Assembly (NCBI GenBank): GCA_963795265.1
Contig: CAWCHF010000014.1
Location: 77,461 to 141,460 of the forward strand
Reading direction: 5' to 3'
Origin: an uncultured Actinomycetota bacterium
GTDB taxonomy: Bacteria > Actinomycetota > Actinomycetes > Streptosporangiales > Streptosporangiaceae
Length of the DNA: 64,000 nt
The position numbers and the translations under genes are program-made. Each line of letters opens with the position of its first letter. Position 1 is the first letter of the stretch. Shown here piece after piece: positions 9,775 to 19,607 of this stretch. Under the pieces are notes generated by a model that saw nothing but the letters and a program-made list of their open reading frames with translations, searched no databases and was not told the DNA's origin.

Positions 9775-10408
9775 GTGCGCATCCTTGGGCCATCCAGCCG
9801 AGACGAGCTCATACTCGCTTGGCTTTACAGCGAGTGGCCCCGGACCGACTCTTTGAGGCCGCTAGTCGATCATCCCGATCTCTCTGACGCTGTGCAGAAC
9901 ACCGCTAGGGTCCAGATGCTGTTTAGCATCAGGGCAAACATTATCCAGGAGCTTCCCCACGGGATGCGGCCAAGACTTGGTCGATATCGAAGACGCTGAC
10001 ATAGCTAGCCTCTACATCCTTCCTTGCCGCGAGTGGTATCTCGACTCCGGTCGCACCTTCCGCCTCGCTGACGTGCCCGCGAACCTGGCTCCCGGTCGCC
10101 ACCCTGTCGGTCACCTCGCCAAAGTCGACGCCATCGCTCCATCGCTCGCCGACTATGAGGCCGCTACAACACGTGAAGTGCTCATCCTGAACGCCGCGGA
10201 GCAAACTGGACCGTACACGATCATCGAGGGCACTCACCGCGCTACTGCGCTTTATCGCAACCAACTCGGTAAGCCCAACATGCCCTGGAGGGCCATATTG
10301 GTTGCCGACCCACTCATTAAGCAATCTCCCTGGCACATCGAATCGCTCCGGGCGGGGATCACTCTCAACCTGTGCGCTTGGGAGGCCGAGCTAGGACAAC
10401 TGCGGTAA
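9775..10408 (+). pseudogene. hypothetical protein with ParB/Srx-fold, DGQHR-like motif (IIEGTHRATALY), one frameshift near 9975
   Basis: ORFs 9775..9999 and 9977..10408 join at ...ELPHGMRPR|LVDIEDADIASLY (one extra G). Motif GPYTIIEGTHRATAL resembles the ParB N-domain / DndB DGQHR box. Confidence 0.5.
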
Positions 10409-10439
10409 CGAGTACGGGCGCGACGCAGACCCTCCCTTC

Positions 10440-11239
10440 TCAGTGCCAGCGCGATCGGATGTACTGCCTGAGTTGGTTAAGCTGCGCTGGGGTCAGCGGC
10501 GCGCAGTTCACTTTCAGATCGCCGCGTTGGTTTGGGTGCGGTAGCTGCAGCACCATGCGGTCCGCGCCCTCGAGGCTCAGCGGGCCCGTCATCGGCACCC
10601 CGGCGGGAATCCGAAAGGTGTCGCGGAAGGCCGTCCGGGCATGGGCACCGAACAGCACGATCACCGGCGCTAGGGCAACACGGACGACTGGGCGGAGCCA
10701 GGTCGCAACGCACTGGTCGAGCGCCTCCGCCACTCCGAGCTCCCCGAGCTGACTTGCAGTGGACGACTTCGGTGAGAACAAAGTGTCGGCCCGGTTCGGC
10801 GGGACGCTCGAGTAGTTCAGCTGCCCGGGCTCGGGTCCTAGACCAGAAAACTGTTGAAGTGGCTCGATGCCTTGGCGGCGTGGTGGCCAGTAGGGGCCGC
10901 AACCGCTGATCGACCCAAGGAACCGTCCGCCGATCGAAGCGTCCGTCGAAGAAGTCAATCCGCTGTCCCCCATCCCAGGATGCCGTCGGATAAGCCTCCC
11001 GCGCGGTCGATAGACGGATTGCTGCTGACGAACAGAATCGGCGCGCGAGAAATGTGTCCGCTCCACGGTTCAGGAACGTGGAACTCGTCAGGCCCAGCCG
11101 CGTCCTGAGACCTCACGATGGCCGAGCATGAAAGATGTTCGCCCGCCAGGCAACGCTCGGCTGTTGGGCATCGGGTAATCCGGACGAGAAGCGAATTAGG
11201 GGCCGATGTCAGGTCAAGGTCATAGGAGAGATCCTCCAC
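10440..11239 (-). pseudogene. uracil-DNA glycosylase superfamily (UDG-like) protein, at least 2 frameshifts
   Basis: The N-terminal part has PEPWSGHISRAPILFVSSNPS (ORF 10955..11239). The middle has FVLTEVVHCKS (frame of ORF 10477..10902). The C-terminal part ...VIVLFGAHARTAF...LQLPHPNQRG lies in ORF 10440..11066. Confidence 0.6.
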
Positions 11240-11317
11240 GACCAGACGACCGGGCGCAGGTTACGTGACGCCCTTAGAGCATCCTGTCTTCGCCGCATGC
11301 GAATAGACGGCCGCACG

Positions 11318-11408
11318 ATGATCTTCGATGGGGCCTCGGCGGTAAGGGGGGAGCGCACCCATAAGCCAATGCGTACTGACCGGTGAGTTCGCGCTCGGCG
11401 GTGCGCGC
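11318..11408 (+). repeat. recombinase-tail repeat, copy C
   Basis: ATGATCTTCGATGGGGCC...GGGGAGCGCACCCATAAGCCAATGCGTACTGACCGGTGAGTTCGCGCTCGGCGGTGCGCGC aligns to copies B and D. No recombinase body upstream. Confidence 0.65.
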
Positions 11409-12092
11409 TTGACCGGGCGGACCGATGGGTGGATTCGGTGGACAACGATCGGGTGCGTCGGCTTCCTGGCGCTGATCGCCGGCACCGCGTAGTATCTGCA
11501 TATGCACCTGCTGGTTGAGCTGCACGGGCAGCCGGGCTGGCTAGCGGCGCTGACGCCACTATCAGTAGACGGGATGATCGTGGCAGCGTCGACGACGCTG
11601 TCGGCCGACTCGCGTAGCGGCGGCCGAACCGGGTTCCTGCCCTGGGCGTTGCTTGTGGCGGGCAGCGCGTCAAGCCTGGCGGCAAACGTTGCGGTTAGCG
11701 GAGCCGACGGTCACTGGCCGCATCATCGCGGCCTGGCCGTCGTTTTCGCTGATCGCCGCATTCGAGTTGCTGATGCGCCAGGTCAGGCGCGCTGCTGCGA
11801 CACCTTCGCCCACAAAGTCATCGCGGCGGCCCGTCCAGGTTCTGGGCGCGGTCCCGGTCGCCGGCAGCGGACCTGCCAGAACAGGCTGTCCTGTCGCGAG
11901 GTACTACCACGCCTCGGCGCGGGACGTCCGGGACAAAATGCCCGGCTGGAGGCGTGGCTGTGGGCTCGGGACAACCGGGCAGAGGACGGCGCGCTTCCCT
12001 CAGGCCGGGAAATCGGCACCAGGCATGGTCGCCACGAGCGGTGGGGACGGATGGTCAAGCAATCCGGGCTGGCCCGCGAGATTGGTGCGTAG
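11409..12092 (+). pseudogene. DUF2637-family gene, degraded copy (TTG start, in-frame TAG at 11490-11492, two frameshifts)
   Basis: Collinear with 7573..8250: ...WIRWTTIGCVGFLALIAGTA*YLHMHLLVELHGQPGW... The frame leaves near 11700 (correct frame is in ORF 11653..12138) and returns near 11940. Confidence 0.75.
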
Positions 12093-12163
12093 GGTCGGCA
12101 GGACTGACCCGCGCGGTTGTGGGATGCTGCCGGGATGATCGTGCGGTGGTTGCTGGTGTGCGC

Positions 12164-12801
12164 ATGAGCTCGGACGTGCCTGTCCGGGTGATGCGCGGGG
12201 ACCTGCCCGGTGACCTTGCCGATGCCTTTGCGCGCTCAAGTCGAATCGCCTGGGACATCGAGACCACGGGCTTGGACTGGCGGCAGGAAAGGATCGGGAC
12301 TTGCCAGCTGTTCTCGGAGACCGTGGGCGTGGCCGTGATCGGTATCGGCCAGGACAGGCCCGCTCGGCCTGGCGGCCCTCCTTGAGGACAGCTCAGTTGA
12401 AAAGGTCTTTCATCACGCGCCATTCGATTTGCGTTTCATGGCTAGCGCCTGGCGAGTGTCACCCACCGCCATTCGGTGCACGAAGGTCTGCTTCCAAGAT
12501 CCTTAATCCGGAGGCGCCGAATGAGCACCGACAGCCTCCAACGTCTTGTCGGCAGGTCTCTTGAGGTCAAGTTCCCCAAAGGCGCAGTTCGCGTGAGCGA
12601 TTGGTCGGCGGCAGACCTGACTGATGAGCAGATCCGCTATGCGGCGAACGATGTCGTGCACCTCCCGCGCTCTCCTTGACGTCATGGAGCAGGCACTCCT
12701 GGCGAGCGGTCGCGAAGACCTGTATGCCGCCTGCTGCGCGTTTCCTTCCAGCAAGGGTGACACTTGAGCTGGGTGGCTACCCCGACGTGTTCTCCTACTG
12801 A
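12164..12801 (+). pseudogene. RNase D-like 3'-5' exonuclease (DnaQ/DEDD fold), multiple frameshifts
   Basis: IAWDIETTGLDW (ExoI), KVFHHAPFDLRF (ExoII) and SDWSAADLTDEQIRYAANDVVHL (ExoIII) are read across ORFs 11954..12385, 12301..12564 and 12476..12679. Tail ...ELGGYPDVFSY* ends at 12801. Confidence 0.65.
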
Positions 12802-13629
12802 CCTTCGGCCAGCAGCTCCCACCGCTCGCTGGTGAAGAAACGGAAACCAGGAGTCGGCGCGGCCCGGAGCCGGGCTGAGCACGCGAAGATGCCACGGCGC
12901 CTCAGGGCCGTTGACATGATCAGCGATTACATGCACCTGAGCACGCTCCATAAGGCGATGCAGATCCTCGACCAGCAGGTTGGGAACCCAGCCGATCGGG
13001 ATCAGCGGCGCTGCTGTAACGACTATTGCCAGCGGGTTGTTCGGATTCTCTGGCTCAGGGACCATGCCGAGGTCATCACCGCCATGGAGGCTTTCGAGCG
13101 CGGCGTCGACCTGATCACGGGTAACTTCTATCCGGACGCCGCTGAGGATCTTTGCAGTCCTGTGCGCATGGCGTACGCCGTGAACGAGGAACTGGCAGCT
13201 GATCCCCGCGAGGTCGATGGTCGGCTCAGGGGATAAGCTGGATTGTGTCGCCTTCCCTATGCCCCTGGGATCGTGCGATCTGTTCCCACGGACTAGGGTC
13301 GCCTTCCAGGCCGAGTCGGCTGACGTACCGCTCGTAGTCTCGGCCATAAGGGGGTCCATAGCGCGCTGCGCGAAAAGCGGGAACAGCTCGTCAGAGCGAT
13401 AACTGGCGCGCTGGTCATCGAAACCCAGAAGTCCAGGGAAGTCATGCACCGTCAGTGCATTCCGTATGTAGCTGAATCGGTAGCCCTGATCATCGCAGGA
13501 CAAGAACCCCACGGGCTCGATCGAGCGCTCGACAGGGTGCTGCCAGGCCACGACGAGCCGACCGGGCACCTCGGCGGATCGGCCTGCGGGCTTGCGCCGC
13601 GCAGTTGCTAGAACGCTATCGGCAGACAT
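12795..13629 (-). pseudogene. HIRAN-domain protein with HipA-N-terminal-like region, three frameshifts as sequenced
   Basis: N-terminal ...PVGFLSCDDQGYRFSYI...ELFPLFAQRAMDP. HIRAN-like core FLVHGVRH...LHGGDDLGMVPEPENPNNPLAIVV...IGWVPNLLVEDL...VNGPEAPWHLRVL. Alternative-frame tail ...PGFRFFTSERWELLAEGQ* ends at 12795. Start overlaps the upstream kinase stop by 14 nt. Confidence 0.6.
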
Positions 13630-14533
13630 CGAGCACCCTCCTCCGATTCACCTCAAGCACTCTGCCTGCAAAGGTACGCGCGGCCTCTGACATTCGGGGC
13701 ACCCTGACCAGGACGCGCCTTATATCATCGCCGCTGACCTCCTGTAGCTGGGAAATCCAGTGGTCGTGAGCGGGTGGCGAGGCCATATCCAAAGCAATCT
13801 TGGCTGCGTCGACTAGCCCTGGGCGCCCTTCCAGCCGATTCGCCCGCCCCCTTAGGCACCAGCCCTCCACGCCGGCCTCTCCGAACCGAGGAGCTGATCA
13901 AGCCGGGCATCACGCTCGCCGAAGGCAAGGGCGCTGGCATGGTCGTACGAGCCGCTGAGCAACGACGGCCCGCTCACGCCGGACGTTCCTGGGACCAAGA
14001 CGGACCAATTATGATCATGACGATCCTGATTCGCAATCCAGGCATCAAATACTATATAACCAGCAAATATATCGAAGGCCGTCGCGTTAAACGGCAGATT
14101 GTAGCTGGGAGGCAGCCCGCATCCCGTAAGCGCGTCTTTGATGTTGGATAGCGAGTGACCGGGGTGATCCTTGCCGGCCTCTTTGTGGACGTAGCCCGGT
14201 GCGTTGACAGTCTCGAGGAGTGCCTGACCAGGCTGCATCTGATACTCGTCGGGGCGCAGATTAGCTGATATGCAGCCGCGCAGGCCGTGCCAGACAGCGA
14301 GCTCGACGCGGGCAGCGGGAATGCCCAGTGCCTCGGCCAGATGCGAAGCAGCCTTCTCAGCCCAGTCCTCGCCATGAACATGACCGTTCTTGACGGTTAC
14401 GGTTTTGAGCAGCCAGCGGACCTTGTTGCCAGGTTCCTCGAGCCATACCTTGGTCTTCAGCACCTGACGTTTCTTCGTCAGTGACATCCCAGGCAGTGAC
14501 GTCAATCTTCGGGAACGGCAGATCCTCGGGCAC
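13616..14533 (-). pseudogene. HipA-like Ser/Thr kinase (C-terminal kinase core only), two frameshifts as sequenced
   Basis: GEDWAEKAASHLAEALGIPAARVELA and the catalytic-type motif FDAWIANQDRHDHNW. N-terminal VPEDLPFPKIDVTAWDV is in another frame (GTG 14533). C-terminal part lies in ORF 13616..13870. Confidence 0.65.
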
Positions 14534-15025
14534 GACGAAAGCCTACGGGCTCATCGCCGCCGGTTCTCCTCTGGGCCGTGCCCTGCGATGCACGTCCGCC
14601 AAGGCCAGTTCCCGGTGGCGGCGTCGCGGAGGTGAAGCAGGGTGGCAGGACCGCGCATCACCGGGAACACCGCCCGGCGGTGTGTTCGCTGGGCGAGACG
14701 CTGGCGATCTATTGGGGGAGGCACGGGTCGGCTGCACATGTTTAGCGCGGTGCCGGCCTGGTTCCGGTTCGTGAGGTAAAGGCATGCCACGACACTGGCC
14801 ATGCTGGCCGAAAGCTTCGAGGTGGTGGGCGGGTGCCAGGACCGGGTGCTGGCCGACCGGGATGGGCTGCCAGAAGGGCGACCGGATGGGCTGCACGAAG
14901 GCCGGTGTCGTTGCGAATGTGGGATCGCCCGCTCGGGACCATGTCCGGTCCGCGACCACCTACGGATTCCGGCCGGACTTCTGCGAGGCTCATGCCCCGG
15001 AATCCAAGAGTAAAGGCCTTTCAAG

Positions 15026-16296
15026 CTAATTCTGGCCGGACGCTGCAGCGCTTCGTGGCGGAGGTGGTCGTCCTGTCCGACGAAAGCTTTGAACGGTAAC
15101 TAGCCGGTAAGCGTCCCCGGACTTGCGCGTTTCGATTTCAATATGGAAGTCGCGTTTGAGATGGGCTAGCTGCCGCTCGAACGCCGGGACGTCGACGGGC
15201 GCAGGAAGGCGGCGCAGGATCTGCTCCATGGTCAGGAAGCCTGCGTGTTCGCGGAGAACCTTGTAGATCGGGTCGTGTGCCGCCGGGAGCTTGCTTGACG
15301 GCGTAACGAGTGTCGCCCGTGTGATCCAGAGCAATCCGGATCTGCTGGCCGATCGCCCGAGCCATGGGCGGCGGGGATGTCATTGCCTATCTGCCGGTAG
15401 TTCGAGGGTTTTGCGGCCAGTGAACAACCACCTGTACTCGCGGTCGTCCCACCCTTGGAGCCTGGCGACCATCTCGCAGGTGAGCTTGGGCAGCAGATCT
15501 GCAGGATCACTCGCCGAGGGGGCTGCGTCCGCGACTCCGAGCGCGTCCACACCCATCGCCCGCCAGGCGCGCTTGGCGCGGGTGGGGCCGAGGTCGGCAC
15601 CACCGTGTTTCTTCGAGCCGCCGACGATAGTGGGGGCGATGTCGTTAAGCTTTTCCCAGCCCACGCGATCGCACCGGGCCAGCCGTTGGTCGCCATCAGG
15701 TAGCGCAGCGTTTCCCCGACCGTGGGAGGTTCGCCCTGGCGTTTCGGCCAGGTGAAGTGCGCAAGGTCATCGGGGCACATGGCGATGAGCACGAACCGGG
15801 GCCGCAGCTGCGGTACGCCGTAGTCGAAAACGTGGAGCAGCTGCCATTCAGCTGCGGTAGCCCAGCTCGGCCAAGCGGTCCAGTACATGCTGGCGGTAGG
15901 CGGCAAAGCGGGGCAGCGGAGAGGGCCGCGGACGTTCTCTAGGAGCAGCGCACGAGGGCCGATGACACTGCACAATTCGACAGCCCAGGCAAACAGGTCG
16001 CGCTCGTCAGTCGCGCCTAGCTGTCGGCCAGCGATCGTAAACGGCGGGCAAGGCACGCCGCCCGCGAGCAAGTCAATACCGGCGTAGGCGACGGGGTCCC
16101 AGACGTCGACGCTGGCGACGTCCCCTTGGGCAACTTTCCAAGAGGGCCGATTGTGCCTGAGGGTGGCGCATGCGTTCGGGTCTAGTTCGATGCACAGCTC
16201 ATGCTCGAAGCCGGCCAGCTCAAGCCCGAGCGACTGCCCGCCTGCCCCGGCGCAAATCTCTACCACTCGGTACAACGTGATCGCCTCCGTGACCAA
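15026..16296 (-). pseudogene. DNA (cytosine-5)-methyltransferase, M.NaeI-like, at least 5 frameshifts
   Basis: Motif I EICAGAGG, motif IV GGVPCPPFTIAG, motif VI ENVRG, motif VIII QLRPRFVLIA. The block TIVGGSKKHGGADLGPTRAKRAW (ORF 15380..15664) and motif X YRQIGN...PPPMARAIG lie in other frames. Confidence 0.75.
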
Positions 16297-16442
16297 CGGC
16301 GGGCGGCTCGACGCCCATATGCAGAATCATGCCGGAACACTGCCATCGGATGGCGGACCCCCAGCGCATTTGGAAGGTGTGTTCGAAGGCGGCCTAAGCT
16401 GGCTGCCTGACATCGGGCAGTACTGGCGCTGGCTCCACGGGA

Positions 16443-17280
16443 TCATCGGGCTGCGCGACAACCCATTCGCGGCCATCGAGCGTCACCGAAGGCAGCCCCA
16501 TGATCGGGCCTCTTCCGGGCTAGCCGTACACTCACTGACTCACCGGGTCCGGGTACCGGTATCGCCAGTGCCTGCGCGATCCGCCGGTGACTGTCGTACT
16601 GGCCGAGGATCACGATCCCCTCCGGGCGCAGGCTGGTCCGGGATCCGCCGTTGCCCCGAACCCGTTTCATGTAGTCCTCCTGCTCAGCCACGGTCGCAAC
16701 AACGGTCCGGCTGATGAGGCGCCGCTGCGCTAGCCGGAACAGCATGTCCACCCGCCTCGTCCCGCTGGGACACCCGAAGATCGCCTGTACATCTGTGGGC
16801 GGTATCCGGAGCAGCGCGTTCTCCGGAAGTGCGCGGTAGTGATAGATCCAGGTGACTTCTGCCCTGCCTGCCGCCGACAGGCGTCGCTTGAGATCCCGGT
16901 TTCCCCGCGAGCTAGTCAGGAGGTGATCTGCGGGCGCGAACAAGGCCCAGAGACCATCTGCCCTGATCATCGCTAGCCCACAGCCCGAGAAGGATCTGTC
17001 CCACAGCTTCGGGAGGGATCATCCAGTCGGCCAGGCCCTGCGAGTACTTGCAGTCAACGTCGTGCCCGCAGATGGCGAAATCCATCGCCGTCGCCGTCGG
17101 CGAAGCCGAACTCGCGCTGCAGGTTGATCTCCCCAGGGTGCCGAAATGAGTCTTCTCGGTCTTGTAAAGCTGATCCCAGCGGTACCTCCCGGTGTGCTGG
17201 CCATCGAGAAGCATGTCGTAGGTGCGGCGCAACACCCTGGCGACTTTCGATCCGTCTGGATCATGAGCAAGTGAGCTCAT
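16443..17280 (-). pseudogene. NaeI-family type II restriction endonuclease, frameshifted
   Basis: TGRYRWDQLYKTEKTHFGTL, DVDCKYSQGLADWMIPPEAVGQILLGLWASDD, NRDLKRRLSAAGRAEV and VATVAEQEDYMKRVRGNGGSRTSLRPEGIVILG closely parallel R.NaeI. Split over ORFs 16912..17280 and 16443..16970 with an internal out-of-frame patch. Confidence 0.75.
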
Positions 17281-17511
17281 CCCCTACGGCTCTCAGGGCC
17301 GGGTCGTCCGGGGGCATCAATGAGTCGAAAAGTGATGCATTCGCTATCACCAATGCAGCGTAACGATCAGCGATTCGGGCCGAGCCCTGATTGTCGGGGT
17401 TTCGTGGCGAATTGACTGTGACATGGCTCGCCGGAAGTTGGCGGGACCGGGCAGTATGTGCATGTGGCACCGAGCTACGTGATCCGCAGGGCGTTAACCG
17501 GTGAGCTGAGC

Positions 17512-18389
17512 ATGAAGGACTCGCCGGTCCGGCAGTTCTTTGACGTCAGGTTCCTCACAGGTCTGCGTGATGTCCAGGCACGGTTCCGGGCCGGCGCGGG
17601 TCCTGTCCTCGTCGCGGGTGCGCCGCAGGCGGAAGCGAACGCAGGCACGATTGGGACGGCGACCGACTGGCTGCTGCGGTTCCTGGTTCACCCAGCCCCG
17701 TCCCTGCACCTGGCCGCCCTCGGAGCGCGGCTGTGCCAGAGGCTGCCGGCCCTTGACGGGAGATCGCGAACTCGCTCGCGGTACACAGACACCGGCGCTG
17801 AGCTGTTCCGCGGCCCGAGACCGGGCAGCAGGGCCGATCCGGACTACCTGAACCGGGTGTGCTGGGCGCTCGCCTTGCTCTCGGAGGTCTACCGCAGCAG
17901 CGGCATGGCGCTTGCAGGCGGCCCGATAACCAGGCTGCGGGATGAGTCGGCGGGCAGTCTGTTGGCCGGCGGCACCTGAGGCTGGACTTGCCCAGCTCGC
18001 TGCGCTGCGCGCCGTATTGGAGACCTTGCTCCTGCCGCATCTGGCGCGCCGGGACGGGATGTGGGCGGTCGGGCGACGATGGCCGGCTCGGAGCTGATGG
18101 CAGGCGACGCGGACCTGATCGCCGGGGGGCTGCTGCTGGAACTGAAAGTGTCGGCCAAGCGGCGTTCCCTGGCCGTGACCGATGCATGGCAGGTGCTGGG
18201 CTATGCCCTCATGGACTATACCGACGAATTCGGGATAGCTGACGTGGCCGTATTCGCGGCCCGGTACGGCTACCTGGCCACCTGGAACCTGGAGGCTCTA
18301 CTCTCGGAACTGGCCGGGCAGGCCCGCGTAACGTGAGCGAACTGCGAACGGAGTTCCGCGAGCTGCTGGAAGCCTGTCAGGAACGGTAG
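17512..18389 (+). pseudogene. hypothetical protein with C-terminal PD-(D/E)XK-like motif (GDADLIAGGLLLELKVS), at least 3 frame breaks
   Basis: ATG at 17512. ORFs 17458..17979 and 18061..18336 are bridged by ...APEAGLAQLAALRAVLETLLLPHL... in the third frame. Tail VSELRTEFRELLEACQER* runs to 18389. Confidence 0.45.
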
Positions 18390-18521
18390 CGGCGCGCGTT
18401 ACCAGGGCAGGTGCTGTGTCAGGGCCCAGCTCCACAGTGGGAGGGATGTCGTTACTCGCGACTCGCAGGGCGACCTTCCTGTCTGCGGGCAACTCCCTGC
18501 CGCAGACCAAATGGCGCTGGT

Positions 18522-19350
18522 TCATGCTGCAAATCGAGATGGCCGCCGACCGGACCGCGTGGCCCAGCGCCGAATGGCGGCACCGCTCCGAGTGCGGCCG
18601 GAGACGCGCTCGAGACGGCCCATCATGTAGCGATCCCAGCGATCACCGCCGGAATCCGAGAATCGGGCAATACAGAAGAACTGGGTCGGGGCCTGTCCGC
18701 CTGAGTCTCTGGGTTTCAGCGTCAGGTCGCAAGTCTCACCTGCGCTGAGCATTGCGACTGGCTTCCCGCTGTCGGCGAAGATGCCGCGTGTGACCTTGTC
18801 CTCGATCCTCACTGCGACCGCGTATATGTGCTGTGAGCTGCCGTTGAAAACCCGAGCATTCTCGAGCCGGTCACCGAGAAGAGTCACCCGCACGCTCATC
18901 GCCTGTGCATGCCGCCCGGCTGGCTCCAGCAGGCCCATCATGTACCGATGCCAGCGGTATCCGTTTGAGTCCGAGAACTGCGCTACGCAGACGTAGGATC
19001 TCGGCTCTGGCGAACTAGGGTCCTGGCGCTTCAGCCTGAACTCACGTGTCTCGCCGGCATGCATCAGGTCGACGAGCCGTCCGCTGTCGGCGAAGACAAC
19101 GCCCGTGACCTTGTCCTGAATGACCACATTGATCATGTAGATGTTCTCGGAACTGCCATTCAGCACGCTGGGCGGCCTCGATCTGGTCACCAGCCAGAGC
19201 CACGCTGACGTTCTTGGCCTGCATCCGGCGGCGGTCATCGTCGGCCAAGCGGCCGCGCTCGACCTGGCGCCGCATCGTGAGGGCGGTAAATCCGAGAGCG
19301 CCGACGGTCCCCACTGCGCCGACCCAGGTCGCAAGATCACCGATTTCCAT
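18522..19350 (-). pseudogene. N-terminally anchored membrane protein carrying two tandem ~95-aa repeats of an uncharacterised domain, one frameshift near 19160
   Basis: MEIGDLATWVGAVGTVGALGFTALTM (TM segment, ORF 19042..19350). Repeat 1 is NVSVALAGDQIEAAQRVLNGSSENIYMINVVIQDKVTGVVFADSG...FSDSNGYRWHRYMMGLLE. Repeat 2 is SVRVTLLGDRLENARVFNGSSQHIYAVAVRIEDKVTRGIFADSG...FSDSGGDRWDRYMMGRLE. Confidence 0.55.
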
Positions 19351-19496
19351 CTAACGTACATTCCCCCGGCCGCGCAGGGCTGCCGCCGTCTTCGAGCACG
19401 CTGTATATCCCAGACTCAAGTCAAGGAGGAGACGCAATTACGACGCGCGCAAGAAACTGCCGGTTGACCCGGCATCTCCGGGCGGGCTGTCTCTTG

Positions 19497-19572
19497 ATGA
19501 TCTTCGACGGGGCTCCAGCCGCCAGGGAGGAGCGCGCCAATAGGCCAATGCACGCTGACGGTGAGTTCTCGC
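19497..19572 (+). repeat. recombinase-tail repeat, copy D (abuts the jetD 3' end)
   Basis: ATGATCTTCGACGGGGCTCCAGCCGCCAGGGAGGAGCGCGCCAATAGGCCAATGCACGCTGACGGTGAGTTCTCGCTC. Translates ...MIFDGAPAAREERANRPMHADGEFSL. Confidence 0.65.
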
Positions 19573-19607
19573 TCAGAAATGCACGGTGCCGGGCCAGCAG
19601 CGAACGC

